Assembly (NCBI GenBank): GCA_963727805.1
Contig: CAVSHF010000003.1
Coordinates: forward strand, 960,001 to 1,024,000
Origin: an uncultured Nitrospiraceae bacterium
GTDB taxonomy: Bacteria > Nitrospirota > Thermodesulfovibrionia > Thermodesulfovibrionales > Dissulfurispiraceae
Direction of reading: 5' to 3'
Length of the DNA: 64,000 bases
Shown here: in pieces, positions 37,736 through 49,277 of the stretch
How positions within the stretch are numbered: the stretch's first letter is position 1
How the letters are laid out: each line of letters starts with the position of its first letter
Notes under the pieces: generated by a model
Seen by the model: the letters and a program-made list of their open reading frames with translations, nothing else
The model's database searches: none
Told to the model about the DNA's origin: nothing
Made by a program: the position numbers and the translations under genes

Positions 37736-38758
37736 TTACGTGGTGGCGTCAATATTTTCAGGAGAAGAGACTTTCGGCAAATATACTCCCACTTTTGTGC
37801 CGCGGCCCGGTTTGCTGTCTATAAGGATCTTCCCCTTATGCCCCTCAATGATTTTTTTTGCTATAGGCATCCCCAGTCCCGATCCGGAGCTCTTCCTTGT
37901 ATAATACGGAATGAAAATATTTTCCAGTGTCTCCCTGTCCATTCCCGGTCCATTGTCCTCGATTCTAATGAGAAGATGCGACTTCTCGGGCGACATGCTG
38001 ATGCGAACATGCTGCCCTTTGCCCGATGCCTCGATTGCGTTATTGATGAGGTTAGAGAGCGCCCGTTCAACCCGAAAGCCATCAACTTCAGCCATTACAG
38101 ATTGCGAAGGAAGATCAAGTGTAAGTAAGGTGCCGTTTTCGTCAGCCTTCAACTTACAGGCTTCGCAGGATTTGTTAACAATATCCCGGATATCCTGCGC
38201 TTTGATCTCCAGCATTATCGGTTTCGCGAAGTCAAGAACATCAAATACTATCTTTTGCATGACCTCTGCCGATTCCATAATAACCTCGGCGGCGGTATCG
38301 TTATTCTCCTTTTTTTCCATAATGCGTTTGGCAAATCCCATGATAGTAATCAGCGGATTTTTTAGGTCATGCACTATCATCGTCGCTGCCTGCCCCAGAC
38401 CCATAAGATAGCGGTCTCTTTCGGATTGTTTGCGATATCGCCTTTCCCGGTCTATGAATGCGCCGGTAAGGACAGCAAACATGCCTATAAAAAAAAGGGC
38501 CAGAAGTCGTTCGGACAGAAAGGTCCCTGTAAGGTTCAGAAAAACATAGGGGAGATAAAGCACCAAAACAAAAATAAAGGCGCCGATTGCACCCCGTAAC
38601 CCGAAAAATAACGCCCCCAGCAGAACAGGTATATAGTACAGCTCGGCATATATGCCGAGCAAAGCGTGTATTGAAACAACCGTAGAATAGTGCAGATAGC
38701 TTATCAGTATCGTCAATGCGGAAATAACTGCCACAGAATATTTATTTCTATTGCTCAT
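37736..38758 (-). CDS. membrane sensor histidine kinase
   Basis: TM region; HDLKNPL; NAIEA; DNGPG; GSGLG. Confidence 0.92.
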   Translation of the reverse strand: MSNRNKYSVAVISALTILISYLHYSTVVSIHALLGIYAELYYIPVLLGALFFGLRGAIGAFIFVLVLYLPYVFLNLTGTFLSERLLALFFIGMFAVLTGAFIDRERRYRKQSERDRYLMGLGQAATMIVHDLKNPLITIMGFAKRIMEKKENNDTAAEVIMESAEVMQKIVFDVLDFAKPIMLEIKAQDIRDIVNKSCEACKLKADENGTLLTLDLPSQSVMAEVDGFRVERALSNLINNAIEASGKGQHVRISMSPEKSHLLIRIEDNGPGMDRETLENIFIPYYTRKSSGSGLGMPIAKKIIEGHKGKILIDSKPGRGTKVGVYLPKVSSPENIDATT

Positions 38759-38906
38759 AACCTTTCCGATTCAAAACCATCTGATTTTATTGCTGCTTCA
38801 AATATAGCCAGATATGATACGTCTGACAAACTGTGACTCGGATGGCCTCCCTGAGATTTTTTGTAATCAGCATTTCAAAGTACATTGCAGGTTAGAAGCT
38901 AGTACA

Positions 38907-40310
38907 TCAATGTCTTATGTTAGAAAGAGGTACAATTACTCTTACTGTAGTGCCTCTACCCTTGTCACTGGCAATCTCCACTTTCCCTCTCCAAGGATAA
39001 ACACGTTCACGCATTCCTATCAGACCGAAGGATTGAGGCTTTGATAGTTGTCCGTCTGTTATACCTTCGCCATTATCCATGACTTCCAGTGTCACTTGAT
39101 GGTCATCATCCTTTATTAGTCTTGCTGTCACCTTTGTCGCCTTTGCATGTTTGAGGACGTTTGTCAATGCTTCCTGGAATATTCTAAAAAACGCAATACC
39201 CCGTTCTTTGTCTAAATAGATATCAGAAGGTTCTTCGATAACAGTGCATTCAATTCCTGTTCGTTCCTGAAATTCATACGCCTGCCATTCCATCGCAGCC
39301 ACAAGGCCGAAATCATCCAATAGCGATGGTCTCAACTCAGTACAGATACGCTTGACCGACAGGATCGTCGCATTAAGTCCGTCCAGCATTGCACCGACCT
39401 TGTCGAAAAGCGGTTTGTGGTCTGCGTATTTGTTATGTAACCAGCTTAAATCCATCTTCATAGCCGTTAGCGTCTGACCAAGTTCATCGTGTATATCACG
39501 TGCAATGGTTCTTCTGTCATCTTCCCTGATGGTTTGCAAATGGGCGGCAAGATTACGTAATCGATCATGTGCCGTTTCTAGTTCTGCGGTTCGTTCCATA
39601 ACTTGCAACTCTAATTCCTCATGCGATCTCTTGAGAGCTTCTTCCATCTTCTTACGCTCGGTGATATCTGTGCCAATGCTCAACACTTCGACCAGGACTC
39701 CCCCAGAGTCAAACACCGCCCTATTGGTCCAGGAGATCCAGACCCGGCGGCCGTCATGGAGCATGTTCTCAATAACGTTCCCCTCGAATGCTGCAGGGTT
39801 CCTGCAAATGATTTCCATGAGCGGGCGGAAATCCTGGCCACTGCTTTCGGTTTCTGGCGTAACGGTACCGATCACGTTACGCCCGAGGATTTCGTCCTCC
39901 CGATACCCAAAGAACTTGCACCCGAACTCGTTTAGGAAGGTAATTTCACCGTCTGATTTCCAGCGCAGGATTATGCTGTTGGCGTTTTCGACTAGCTCGC
40001 GGTATTTAAATTCGCTTTCCCGCAGCGCAGCCTCGACTCGCTTGCGCTCGGCGATCTCTTTTTGCAATATCTGTTTTTCGAGTCCTATCTTTGCCGAGTA
40101 TCTAATGATAGGCAAGAGAATAAAAGTAACAATCAGAGACACAAAGATAGCGTCAATGGCACCGATCTCGGCAAGTTCACCTGAAATCATGCCCCCCCGC
40201 AAGATACTCTGAATTAAAGTAAGAACGAAGGTGAAGATTTCCGCAATAAGTACCGCAAATAGAAAAAAATGCCACGTTTTTATGCGTTCTAATGTTCGGA
40301 ATATATCCAT
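38907..40310 (-). CDS. PAS sensor histidine kinase (HisKA_3/NarX type)
   Basis: IARDIHDELGQ.L; LRPS.LDD.GL; QEALTNV.KHA; DNG.G; GLIGMRER. Confidence 0.92.
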   Translation of the reverse strand: MDIFRTLERIKTWHFFLFAVLIAEIFTFVLTLIQSILRGGMISGELAEIGAIDAIFVSLIVTFILLPIIRYSAKIGLEKQILQKEIAERKRVEAALRESEFKYRELVENANSIILRWKSDGEITFLNEFGCKFFGYREDEILGRNVIGTVTPETESSGQDFRPLMEIICRNPAAFEGNVIENMLHDGRRVWISWTNRAVFDSGGVLVEVLSIGTDITERKKMEEALKRSHEELELQVMERTAELETAHDRLRNLAAHLQTIREDDRRTIARDIHDELGQTLTAMKMDLSWLHNKYADHKPLFDKVGAMLDGLNATILSVKRICTELRPSLLDDFGLVAAMEWQAYEFQERTGIECTVIEEPSDIYLDKERGIAFFRIFQEALTNVLKHAKATKVTARLIKDDDHQVTLEVMDNGEGITDGQLSKPQSFGLIGMRERVYPWRGKVEIASDKGRGTTVRVIVPLSNIRH

Positions 40311-40554
40311 AGGCTGTATTATAGCGCAACTTTTGGCGCTAAGTCAGGATTCTGAGGATACACTTCCAGAGTCGTATGGTGCCTGCTACGAGAGGCGTTG
40401 TTTCAACCGGACAATAACTATATTCTTTCTGATATCATCAAGTTTCCAGTGATTGATTTGGATTTGATGGTTATCAAACATGCTCAGCAGGTATTTTAAG
40501 GATGGAGCAGCAATCGAGGAAACTACTTAAATAGTTTCTAATTTATGATCATTT

Positions 40555-40630
40555 TTAGTGGTCAGCAGTTATTGAGGACTTCTTGGTATGCAAATCGATT
40601 CCACAGTAAAATGTCATCGTGACCTCCTTT
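40555..40630 (-). mobile_element. IS110-family transposase N-terminal remnant
   Basis: RBS AGGAGG, then MTFYCGIDLHTKKS and a stop after 20 codons. Confidence 0.5.
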
Positions 40631-41155
40631 TAGCTTTTGAATGCGATACAATTATCGTATCAAACGGATGTCGCTCTCAATAATTATCAAGCACTGCGCA
40701 CATTTAGCCAGGGGTGTTGATTTCCGAAAAAATGTGTCACAAGTGGCTTGCCGTGTACGCCCCTTACTCTTCACGGACCATTTAACTTAAGTCACATTAA
40801 GGTCAGCCACAATGCCGCATTTCTGAATGAAGAGTTCTGGTATCTCCCGCTCACTAAAAACAACGGCACTGCTTTATCAGTAAAGAGATAGATTAGTTTT
40901 AGAAATAGGCAAGACTTACTGGTCTAAATAAATACAAGCTTGTCAGTCAACTTTCCAGCTAGTATACTCATAGTACTACAGCTGATTCTTATATATATAC
41001 AAACAAAATGGCATCAAATTGGTTCAACCAGCTAGCTCTTTGATGCCGAGTCGCTTTAGTTGCCGCTCGGTCGCGTAGCACAAGTGTGGATTGTGGCGCG
41101 AGGGGGCTGCACTGCTGGGTGAAAACAGCATTATATTGCAAAAGGAGTGCTAATG

Positions 41156-43606
41156 ATGGACCGCTTTATTTGTATTCATGGGCATTTTTATCAACCCCCC
41201 AAAGAAAGTCCTTGGCTAGAGGCAATTGAGATCCAAGATTCTGCGTTTCCTTACCACGATTGGAATGAGAGGATTTCAGCTGAATGCTACGGTGCAAATG
41301 CCGTGTCGAGAATATGGGATACGGAAGGAAGAATAGCCCAATTGGTGAACAATTATGCCAGCATAAGCTTCGACTTCGGACCGACTGTCCTGCTCTGGAT
41401 GCAAAAGTATGCCACCGACGCCTATGAGGCAATTCTAGCGGCTGACCGGCAGAGCCTGGAGAAATTCTCTGGTCATGGAAATGCTTTGGCCCAAGCCTAC
41501 AATCATATGATCCTGCCGCTGGCCAACAGCCGCGACAAGAAGACCCAGATTATCTGGGGAATAAAAGATTTTGAATATCGCTTTGGACGTAAGCCGGAAG
41601 GGTTGTGGCGCCCGGAGGCAGCAGTAGACCTGGAAACCCTTGACCTTATGGCACAACACGGCATCGGCTTTGCCATACTTGCCCCCAGGCAGGCAAGCCG
41701 GGTTCGGCGCATTGGGGGTGATGAATGGCAGGACGTGAGTGGTGGAAAAATCTATCCTGCCATCGCCTACCGGGTGTCGCTACCGTCTGGCCTTATCATG
41801 AACCTATTCTTTTACGACGGTCCCATTGCACAGGAGCTTGCATTTGAAGGATTGTTAAACAACGGCGAGACGTTCGCCAACCGGCTGCTGTCCGCTTTCG
41901 CCGACGACTCTCCTCGCCTCGTCCATATCGCAACGGATGGCGAAAGCTATGGGCATCATCATCGCAACGGCGACATGGCTCTGGCGCACGCGCTCCATCA
42001 TATTGAGACCAACAAACTGGCACAGGTGACGAATTATGGTCGGTACCTGGAAGATCATCCACCGGCATACGAAGTGGAAATCTTTGAAAACAGCTCGTAG
42101 AGTTGCGAGCATGGCATAGAACGTTGGCGGTCGGATTGCGGGTGCAACAGCGGCGGTCACCCGGGTTGGAATCAGGGTTGGCGGGCTCCTCTGCGTGCAG
42201 CCCTAGATTGGCTCCGCGATGCCGTAACCCCGGCTTATGAACAAATGGCCGGACGGTTTCTGACTGATCCCTGGGCGGCTCGAGACGACTACATCGACAT
42301 CATCGTGGATCGATCACCCGAGCGTATCAGTGCGTTTATGATTCGACACGCGACCCGTCCCTTAAATTCCGAAGACGAGATCACGGTCCTGAATCTCATG
42401 GAGCTCCAACGCCACTTAATGCTCATGTACACAAGTTGCGGTTGATTTTTTGACAAGCTTTCCGGCATTGAGACGGTTCAGGTCATAAAATATGCCGGCA
42501 GAGTTCTGCAGTTGGCCGACCAGCTTTTTAGCGAAACCTTCGAACCCGCCTTTCTCGAACATCTTGAACTGGCCAAGAGCAACATACTTGAACACCGTAA
42601 TGGTCGCGCCATATACGAGATATTGGTCAGGCCTGCCATGCTCGATATGAAAGACATTGGCGCCCACTATGCCTTAAGCTCTCTGTTCCAGGATATCGGC
42701 GAGCGCAGCTCGATCTACGCGTATTCCGCCACCCGGGAGGACTACCGCAGTTTTCAGGTCGGAGGCTCAAAGCTGGTAATCGGGCGGGCCACGGTCACTT
42801 CAGAGGTTACGCGCATATCCTCCAGCTTGTGCTTTGGCGTTCTACATCTCGGTGATCACAGTATCGCCTGCGGCACCGGTGAATATCAGGGCGCGCAAAA
42901 ATATGAAGCGTTGGCCAAAGAGATTTCCGCGGCTTTCGCCGGAGCTGACTTCCCGAAGACCATACTTCTGCTGGGCAAATACTTCGGGACGTCCACGTAC
43001 TCTCTGACCTCGTTGTTTGCCGATGAGCGGCGAAAAGTCCTTAACATTATCATGGGGCCAACTCTGATAGAGGCTGAAGCTGCATATAGCTCAATTTATG
43101 AGCACCATGCTCCCTTGATTAGCTTTCTGACCGGGTCCGGCACGCCACGGCCCAAAGTCCTGTCGGTCGCCGCTGACTTGTGCTTGAATGCCAAGCTTCG
43201 CAGGGTGCTTCAAGGGGAGGGGCTTGACCCCGAAGTCGTAAAACCTCTTCTTGAAGAAGCTCGTTTGGCCGGCGCAACTCTGGATGCAACTGCTCTAGGC
43301 TTGTTACTGGCCGCTAACATCGAGAGTCTGGCCAAACAACTTTTCATACAACCTGATGACCTTTCTCGCATAGAGAGATTGAATAAGGCTGCACAACTGG
43401 TCCGGACCTTGCCGTTCGAGGTTAATCTCTGGAAAACCCAAAACATCTGCTATAAGATCCTGCAAGCCCATTGTCACAAATTCAAGGAGAAAGCAGCCTT
43501 GGGCGACCAAAACGCGCAAGCATGGTTACGCCATTACACCGTTTTGGCTGAGAATTTTTTGCTGCAGGTTTACATATGCCCCGTAAACAGCAACCCTGCG
43601 ATTTGA
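41156..43606 (+). pseudogene. GH57/DUF3536 glycoside hydrolase interrupted by two in-frame stops
   Basis: HGHFYQPP, ATDGESYGHH; TAG in NSS*SCEHG and TGA in YTSCG*FFD, both at expected Trp positions; all three ORF pieces share one frame. Confidence 0.88.
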
Positions 43607-43969
43607 TGAACGTCATCATAGAGGGTACAGATATAGCGTAAAAAAAAGCCTAATAACCATCGCCTCCACCTTACGCCTTGAATGTACACTATCGAACGTA
43701 ACTGTCGAAATCAGATTCTCAACTTCTACTTGTATCCCGTGCAATAGCTGCATCGAGGCGATTGCTTCGGTTTCTACTCATACTCAACTGAGCTGCCACT
43801 TTGAAGAATGGTCAGCATGCGGAGTTCCACACAGTATGACAAAGAGCTGAAGCAGAACAAATGTACAATCTAGTCAAGATGCCATCGATGAAATTCTGTG
43901 TCTCTAAAAAACAACTTGATCAGATATCTGGTATTTTTGCAAAATAATATGTGATGATGAGGGCGCGAA

Positions 43970-44776
43970 ATGAGTCAACTTAAGAATCCGTTAGAAGTTT
44001 ACAAAATCCTCCCGAAATCCAATTGCGGTCAATGCTCGGTTCCGACATGTATGGCTTTTGCTGCTGCCGTACTAATGGGTAAAAATCAACTGGCCGATTG
44101 CCCTTATATCCCAAGCAGCATCTCCGAATCATTTTCCAAGAAAATAACTATACACAAATCCATCGCCAAGAACAGAGAGGAGGTAGTTGAAAAATTAAGA
44201 AGCAAAGTGTCTGCTATAGATTTAATGTCGTCAGCGCATAGATTGGGGGCAACTATTATTGGTGAAAAGTTAGCTATCAAATGCCTGGGCAAGGAGTTCT
44301 TTATAGATCAAATGGGAAATATTACATCTGAATACCACACTCACGCCTGGATGGCGTTTATATTACTTGACTATATTCTTAACAGTAAAGGCGGAAATAT
44401 ATCTGGGGAATGGGTCCCATTCAGAGAACTGAAAAAGGGAGCAGGGATGAGCCCTCTTTTCGAGCAACTGTGCGAAAAACCCATGAAGCATATGGCTGAC
44501 ACCGGCACGGATCTTTTTAAAGATCTGATTTATATTTTTAGCGGGGATAGAGCAACCAATATGTTTTCATCCGATATATCGCTCATCTTGTATCCGCTCC
44601 CTAAAATACCCTTCTTAATCTGCTACTGGAAAAGGGATGGTGATATAGAGTCATCACTTCATGTTTTCTTTGATTTAACAGTTGAGGATCATATAAGCAT
44701 TGATGCAATTCATGCACTCGGAACGGGGTTAGCTGTTATGTTTGAGAAGGTCGTTCTAAAACACAAAAATGCTTAA
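43970..44776 (+). CDS. DUF3786 protein with N-terminal FeS domain
   Basis: LPKSNCGQC..PTCMAFA...CPY; WVPFREL..G; PLPKIP..ICYW. Confidence 0.8.
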   Translation: MSQLKNPLEVYKILPKSNCGQCSVPTCMAFAAAVLMGKNQLADCPYIPSSISESFSKKITIHKSIAKNREEVVEKLRSKVSAIDLMSSAHRLGATIIGEKLAIKCLGKEFFIDQMGNITSEYHTHAWMAFILLDYILNSKGGNISGEWVPFRELKKGAGMSPLFEQLCEKPMKHMADTGTDLFKDLIYIFSGDRATNMFSSDISLILYPLPKIPFLICYWKRDGDIESSLHVFFDLTVEDHISIDAIHALGTGLAVMFEKVVLKHKNA

Positions 44777-45496
44777 AGCCTTCGATGATCCTGTTGGACC
44801 GTGGTTTCCGAACCAACGGACAACGCCATAATCGGGTTAGGCAGTCCTCAACATGCGTTGACTACAGGAAGGACATCTCGCCTAACACGTAGCCTTGAAA
44901 GTAACAGTTTCTTTCAGAAAATAACATTTTTGGCGAAATGGCTGAGGTGTTGATTGTCAGATGAAGTATTTCGGCGGGTTCTCACATGAGTCATCGAAGG
45001 CGCGTATTCTGAATACACTGGTTGGTAGAAACTGGAAGCATCGCTGGCAAGGGTACGGTTGCCATGGGTAATATCCGCAATTATTTTCCGTATTTTATTG
45101 AGCTCCTCCAAATGAACTGTCAATAACAGGGGCCATCCTCAAACCCAATCTTCCATGAGCCGACAGTCTTCATCTATGAAGGACGCTGCATTACCTCGTT
45201 CATGTATTTGAAGACGTGGATTCATAGTGATTCACGTCGCGCGCCACTCTCTCCGACTGTTAGTTTCCACACTGTCCAACAGGCATCAATTTATCACAAC
45301 TGTCGTTGATTGCCGAAGGAAACATGACGCCCAGAGAATGACCAGACGATGTCATTGGATGGTAGGGTTATTAATAAAAACTGGCCGTACCGGCCAAAAT
45401 AACAGTTATGCAAGATAAAATCGCCGCGAACCATTTTTACCAGGTAATGGTTCGCGGTTGATTTTATTTTTCTCAAGAAAGTTCTAATCGATATAC

Positions 45497-45919
45497 TTAT
45501 TCTTTTTCCGATTCCATTGCTTTAAGTCTTTCGACGCATGGGAGTGATAACTCTTTGTCATGCTTTTTCAGGCATCCCATGATCCCTCCATTTGCTGGAT
45601 CGGCATTCGTACAGAACTGAGCCATATCAGTGTCGCAGGCCTGACGGAACATCTTCTGTTGCTGAACCCTTTCCTTAATCTCTCCTCTTCTACCATGAAT
45701 CTTTTCCTCATAAGTTCTGCATGCATCTGTCAGTTCGCTTTCATGCGATTCAAGGCACTGGATAGTGGCTACTCCGGGGCTAATGTTTTGGCAGAACTTC
45801 GAAATATCCTCAACGCATGGATCCACTTCCGCAGCATAAGCATTTGTGCCTAAAATCAGCCCGATACAAAGAAGTCCGGCCGAGAACACTGCTGAAAAAC
45901 ACATCTTAATTTGTTTCAT
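45497..45919 (-). CDS. secreted cysteine-rich repeat protein (GLG1-like)
   Basis: Two C..D...FC......CL..H..ELx..C units after a signal peptide. Confidence 0.8.
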   Translation of the reverse strand: MKQIKMCFSAVFSAGLLCIGLILGTNAYAAEVDPCVEDISKFCQNISPGVATIQCLESHESELTDACRTYEEKIHGRRGEIKERVQQQKMFRQACDTDMAQFCTNADPANGGIMGCLKKHDKELSLPCVERLKAMESEKE

Positions 45920-46152
45920 TTATCCTCCCATCATTTTATTGGTTTAGGTCATACAGGTTAGAGCAGGTATGCTTTGATTATATCAATATAATCTCAGCGG
46001 TCAAGTTATCGTCTAAACGATAACAATCATATTTTTGTTCTCAATGCAAAGCCGAATATAGACAAGGGTTCGCTATGTGCAGTGGTTGCAATAACCCACT
46101 TCTTCCCATACTGTCACCGCAACTCCCTAAAACAGAAGATGGAAAACCGGCG

Positions 46153-46619
46153 ATGGTGGAGCTCTATTCTCTCAGCAATGAAGCTGAACTAGCTTTAATG
46201 AAAAGTATTCTCGAAGTGGATGACATATACGATTTTGTCCGAATAAATTTTTGGGTTGTATGGAAATTGGCACTCAGATTGCATTACTTAATAAGAAGAC
46301 AATAATGGTTAAAAATGATGACTATGGAAGGACGTCGGAACTTGTCACCGATTTCTTAGCTCAGACAGCAGAGGAAAAAGATGCCCCACGAGCAGAATAT
46401 AGGCTAGTTGATAAGATCAGGATGGCGATCGAGGTTCTGATATACGGGTGGTTAACGCCGGGTGGAAAAAGGAATCATAAAAATAAGGAAAAGTCCGGCG
46501 GGTCAAACCTGCAAGATTTGCGGCAACAGTTCATCGGACAAAATTCCACTAAACTATGCTTAGCAATGTGCATGTTCATCGGCATCGAATTCTGCCCCAC
46601 TCTCGGCACTCAATTTTGA
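46153..46619 (+). pseudogene. frameshifted DUF2007-like protein
   Basis: MVELYSLSNEAELALMKSILE..I..FV continues in another frame as IGTQIALLNKKTIMV..KIRMAIEVLIYGW. Confidence 0.6.
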
Positions 46620-46868
46620 ACCAAACCAGCTTATTATTTTATCTTAGATTTCAGGCGATATACTTAAAATATGACTCTCCGCTTGCAGAAAGAGATCCAT
46701 TCCTATTAGTGCTGGTCTAGTCTAAGGAAAACCAAATAGTTTTGTTCCTTCGCATCTTTTGTCGGTACCTTATCCGCACAAGACATTTCATACTTTGACT
46801 TGAACAAGATGATTACTATAATGAAGATGATGGCAAAACAACAATTAACAAAAAAGGAGAATGAGAAA

Positions 46869-47498
46869 ATGAAACCGTGTTTGTCGATAAGTGCAATTTT
46901 ATTGTTGGTACTTACATTCTGTATTAGCGGTGCAAGTGCACAACCTATGGACCAGGGTTCAGGGATGCAAGCTGATCCGCCAGGACAGATGAATATGAAG
47001 TGCGGCGGTATGATGCACGAAGGTATGATGCACGAAGGTATGATGCATGAAGGGATGATGCATGGAGACATGATGGAACGGCAACATCATATGAAAATGA
47101 TGCTGATGCGACTCGGTCTCGATGAAAAACAGAAGGCAGAAGTGAATAGAATAATGACTGCACACATGAAAGATGTCATTAAAAAGAAGGCTGATTTGGA
47201 CATCGCAAAATTTGATCTACAAAGCATTCTCAGCAAAGATCCCATGGACATGAAAGCTGCCGAATCAAAGCTAAAGGAGATTGAGGCAATTAAGACAGCC
47301 CTATTCCTTGCTCATCTAACTGCTCATCAGGAGATTAAATCAGTACTGACGCCCGAACAACAAAGAAAAATGAAAGAGATGATGGAAATGCATATGATGG
47401 GCGGCGGAATGATGGGCAAAGGTGGCTGTGGCTGTGACATGAAGACAGGTGTGACGAAAGGAAAAGAGCATTACGAGCACGATAAAATGATGAAATAG
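46869..47498 (+). CDS. Spy/CpxP/ZraP-like Met/His-rich periplasmic protein
   Basis: Signal peptide; LGLDEKQ and VLTPEQ; GMMHE repeats; RBS AAGGAG. Confidence 0.85.
   Translation: MKPCLSISAILLLVLTFCISGASAQPMDQGSGMQADPPGQMNMKCGGMMHEGMMHEGMMHEGMMHGDMMERQHHMKMMLMRLGLDEKQKAEVNRIMTAHMKDVIKKKADLDIAKFDLQSILSKDPMDMKAAESKLKEIEAIKTALFLAHLTAHQEIKSVLTPEQQRKMKEMMEMHMMGGGMMGKGGCGCDMKTGVTKGKEHYEHDKMMK
47007..47066 (+). repeat. 15-bp tandem repeat x4 encoding GMMH(E/G)
   Basis: GGTATGATGCACGAA x2, GGTATGATGCATGAA, GGGATGATGCATGGA. Confidence 0.9.
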
Positions 47499-47510
47499 CT
47501 CTTGCTGCGG

Positions 47511-47546
47511 CATAACAGGGCGCCAACAGTTTGGCGCTCTGTTATG
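47511..47546 (+). terminator. terminator hairpin
   Basis: CATAACAGGGCGCCAA/TTGGCGCTCTGTTATG just after the stop. Confidence 0.75.
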
Positions 47547-47876
47547 TGTGTGATTTATAGACATCGTTTCAATTTAGTATCTTCCTGGTAAGGAGTTTTG
47601 ATAGGGCATATTGCCACGAATCATTGTACCACAGTCAAAGCAGAGCTGAGCCAGTCCATTATAACACTTTAAATACTGACCTGTTTAAAGGAGGCAGGTC
47701 AGTATCTGTTTTTCTTCATTCCCAGTAGAAATGTTGTTTAATGAGCCTTGCCCCTTAAATACGCATTAGTGGCGTTCCCAAACCGACTGAACCGGATCTG
47801 CGATATAAAGGCACATACCTCTTCTTAAGGGAATAACCCAGATATCAGAATATTTCAATGAGAGTCACAGGGATGC

Positions 47877-49277
47877 TTAGAGCAAGAATTCGGCAAGGTT
47901 AAGGTTGTATTTGTTATAGTCCAGCGTCGTTTTGATGGACCTGCGATAGCTACCGGTAAGATCTTTCTCCGCAAGATCGATGGGAGTATTTTCTATCCTT
48001 CTGCCCTGCGAATCAACTACTAGCACTATTTTCGGTCTTTCGGGTTCATCGGCATTACCTTTATACACAATACCAAGTTCGCCATGATCGAGTACTACTA
48101 GGGTGCCTATGGGGAACACGCCGACCAGCTTGATAAACATCTTGAGCAGAAGTGGATCGACATCCTTGCCGGCGCCTTCAACGAGAATCTGAAGTGCCTT
48201 CTCAGGCGATTTCGGAACCCGCGAATATACCCTTGAAGAGGTCATGGCGTCAAACCGGTCAGCGATAGTGACAATCTTGGAATATAAATCCAGTTTGCGC
48301 TGCTGGGGTACAGAAGGATATCCTGATCCGTCATAATTATTATGATGTTCGTATGACACAATAGCGCCTTGGATCATCATGGGATCCATCTTCATGGTGT
48401 GCATAATAATCTTGACTCCCTCGCTGGGATGGCTCTTCATAACCTTCCACTCCTCATCGGTAAAAGAGGTTTCCTTATTGAGGATTTCCTTTGGAATGTT
48501 CACCTTGCCGATATCGTGAAGAAAAGCTGCGATGCCGAGTTCGGACAGTCTCTTTTTATTTAGGCCGAGTTTCAGCCCGAGTCCGATGGAAAGGATACTC
48601 ACATTGACCGCATGGTAATACGTATAGTCGTCATAATCCTTCACAGCAGTCATCCTGATCATCGTCTGCTCATCCTGCAGTACCTGGCTGATTAGAGAAT
48701 TCACGACCAGTCTCGCCTTCTTTATTTCAATCCTCTCGCCCTCTTCTATCTGTTTTATAGCGAACTTGAGGTGTGCAGCTCCATTAAAATAGTGCTTTTT
48801 GAGCATACGTCGGCTATCGACAATACTTTCTTCACAAGCCTGTTTCGGGATCCCGATATTGATGGAATCGATTGTGTCAATCCCCTGCTTCAAAGCAGTA
48901 AAAGGCGAATCAGAGGAGAGGCACGATAGAAAAGCTCTCATAAAGTTCTGCAGATTAACTCGCGAGATCGTCCCACTGATAGTGATGCTGCCCAATCCTC
49001 GTTTACGGAATTCGCTGATAAGAAAATCGAAGTTCAAATAGTATTGGATCGAATAGCGCACAGGCGCCCGATTAATATAGAAATATTCACCGAGAAGTTC
49101 GATGTCGAGCTTCGTTTCAGATACCAGTGCCGCATTCACGAGCTCGACAAATGCATTAACCGCGTTGATAAAGGCTTCATTGTCAACACTGTATGTCTGT
49201 CCAATCCTGAGAATGATCGCCAGCCTGTTGATGATATCTTTCGCATTCTTTATAGCCTGAGCATGTTGCCTATGCAT
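47877..49277 (-). CDS. HD-GYP phosphodiesterase
   Basis: YTYYHAVNV; LHDIGK; EHH..YDGSGYP; IAD.FDAMT. Confidence 0.92.
   Translation of the reverse strand: MHRQHAQAIKNAKDIINRLAIILRIGQTYSVDNEAFINAVNAFVELVNAALVSETKLDIELLGEYFYINRAPVRYSIQYYLNFDFLISEFRKRGLGSITISGTISRVNLQNFMRAFLSCLSSDSPFTALKQGIDTIDSINIGIPKQACEESIVDSRRMLKKHYFNGAAHLKFAIKQIEEGERIEIKKARLVVNSLISQVLQDEQTMIRMTAVKDYDDYTYYHAVNVSILSIGLGLKLGLNKKRLSELGIAAFLHDIGKVNIPKEILNKETSFTDEEWKVMKSHPSEGVKIIMHTMKMDPMMIQGAIVSYEHHNNYDGSGYPSVPQQRKLDLYSKIVTIADRFDAMTSSRVYSRVPKSPEKALQILVEGAGKDVDPLLLKMFIKLVGVFPIGTLVVLDHGELGIVYKGNADEPERPKIVLVVDSQGRRIENTPIDLAEKDLTGSYRRSIKTTLDYNKYNLNLAEFLL

Noticed and set aside
39505..40212. Long antisense ORFs (also 31946-32650, 60695-61267, 25894-26415 and others)
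   Set aside because: They shadow well-supported genes on the opposite strand and have no motifs
42098..42445. Alternative genetic code (UGA=Trp or UAG recoding)
   Set aside because: Many intact genes here end in TGA or TAG and use TGG for Trp
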